Below the pieces are notes generated by a model. It did not search any database, was not told where the DNA came from, and saw nothing but the letters and a program-made list of their open reading frames with translations. DNA of 34,464 bases from Thelocarpon superellum. Taxonomy: Eukaryota. The position numbers and the translations under genes are program-made. Within the stretch, counting starts at the first letter, position 1. Each line of letters starts with the position of its first letter. Positions 33,862 through 34,464 of this stretch are shown in pieces. Location: NCBI GenBank assembly GCA_026025795.1, contig JAPEUG010000014.1, positions 62,001-96,464 of the forward strand, read 5' to 3'.

Positions 33862-34464
33862 GGATGAAGCGTGCTCGTTGGTGACAGAGGCACGCCGTGA
33901 CGCCTCATGGGAGATGATGGAAAAAAGACTGGGCAGAGAGAGTATTGAGGACCAGGACGAGAGAGTGAGGGAGGACGTGGAAGGAGGGGCGTGTGTGTGA
34001 ATGTCGTGCGAGCCCGCCGACGCCTGTCCACATGTGCAAGGCGTGATTCCACCGAGGCCCAGATCCAGGTCAAGGTCCAGGACACCTCCCCGCGTGCATC
34101 GTGGAGTACAAAGCGGATCCAGAGAGAATGGTCAACGATCAATGCCACCCCGCCCAAGCCTCAGAGGTTTGGAATGGCAATAGATGGGATTTCCACGACG
34201 GCTCATGGTCAGCCCACCGTCCAGCCCTGCCGGGACTCGCCGCACAAACCGCTGCTCTTCCTCCGAAGATACCCTCCGTAGTGGCTTCGGTTAGCGACAT
34301 AGACTTTCGGCTCTCGCTCTTCCTTACGCTGGAACTTTTCTAGACGACGGCAATCCCTCCGGCTCCGGTTCCCGCTCTAGGCTCCTCGCGGCTCCCAGCG
34401 TTCCAAGACCCCGCACCCCGGGCTTGTCCGGTCCTCGGTCCTCGACTACCCGGTCTGTCCCCAA

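Noticed and set aside
32705..34000. Plus-strand 431-aa ORF
   Set aside because: It is an antisense mirror of FBP26 with a non-ATG start; an open frame across two short introns is plausible by chance at this GC content.
1..34464. tRNA/rRNA genes, autonomous transposons, Starship captain, secondary-metabolite cluster
   Set aside because: I recognised no cloverleaf or rRNA signatures and no transposase, RT, tyrosine-recombinase, PKS or NRPS motifs by eye. A tRNAscan/Infernal/RepeatMasker run would be needed to exclude small elements.

Overview
Eukaryotic (filamentous ascomycete, Pezizomycotina-type) genomic DNA with short 49-65 nt GT-AG introns and GC-rich codons. Most ORFs in the supplied track are antisense shadows of real genes. 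Gene order: HSL-family lipase (-, runs off the left edge); a multiply disrupted RCC1/Pim1 pseudogene (+); an intact NLR-like gene with HeLo-like/NACHT/ankyrin architecture and ten highly similar 99-bp repeats (+); Rxt3 (-); BTN1/CLN3 (+); Ama1/Cdc20-family APC/C activator (-); Rab GGTase alpha BET4 (+); dynactin p150 (-); peroxisomal ABCD half-transporter PXA2-like (-); PQ-loop protein (+); BLOC-1 subunit 1 (+); PFK-2/FBPase-2 FBP26 (-). The most notable part is the visibly less GC-rich block at ~2.5-9.3 kb. It holds the dead copy of an essential gene next to an NLR whose ankyrin array has hypervariable residue pairs and a RIP-like transition bias. The rest is housekeeping sequence, with an apparent enrichment of organelle-trafficking and vacuolar genes. 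Exon boundaries were read by eye and family calls come from recognised motifs, not database searches. I found no clearly novel system; the leads below are hypotheses.
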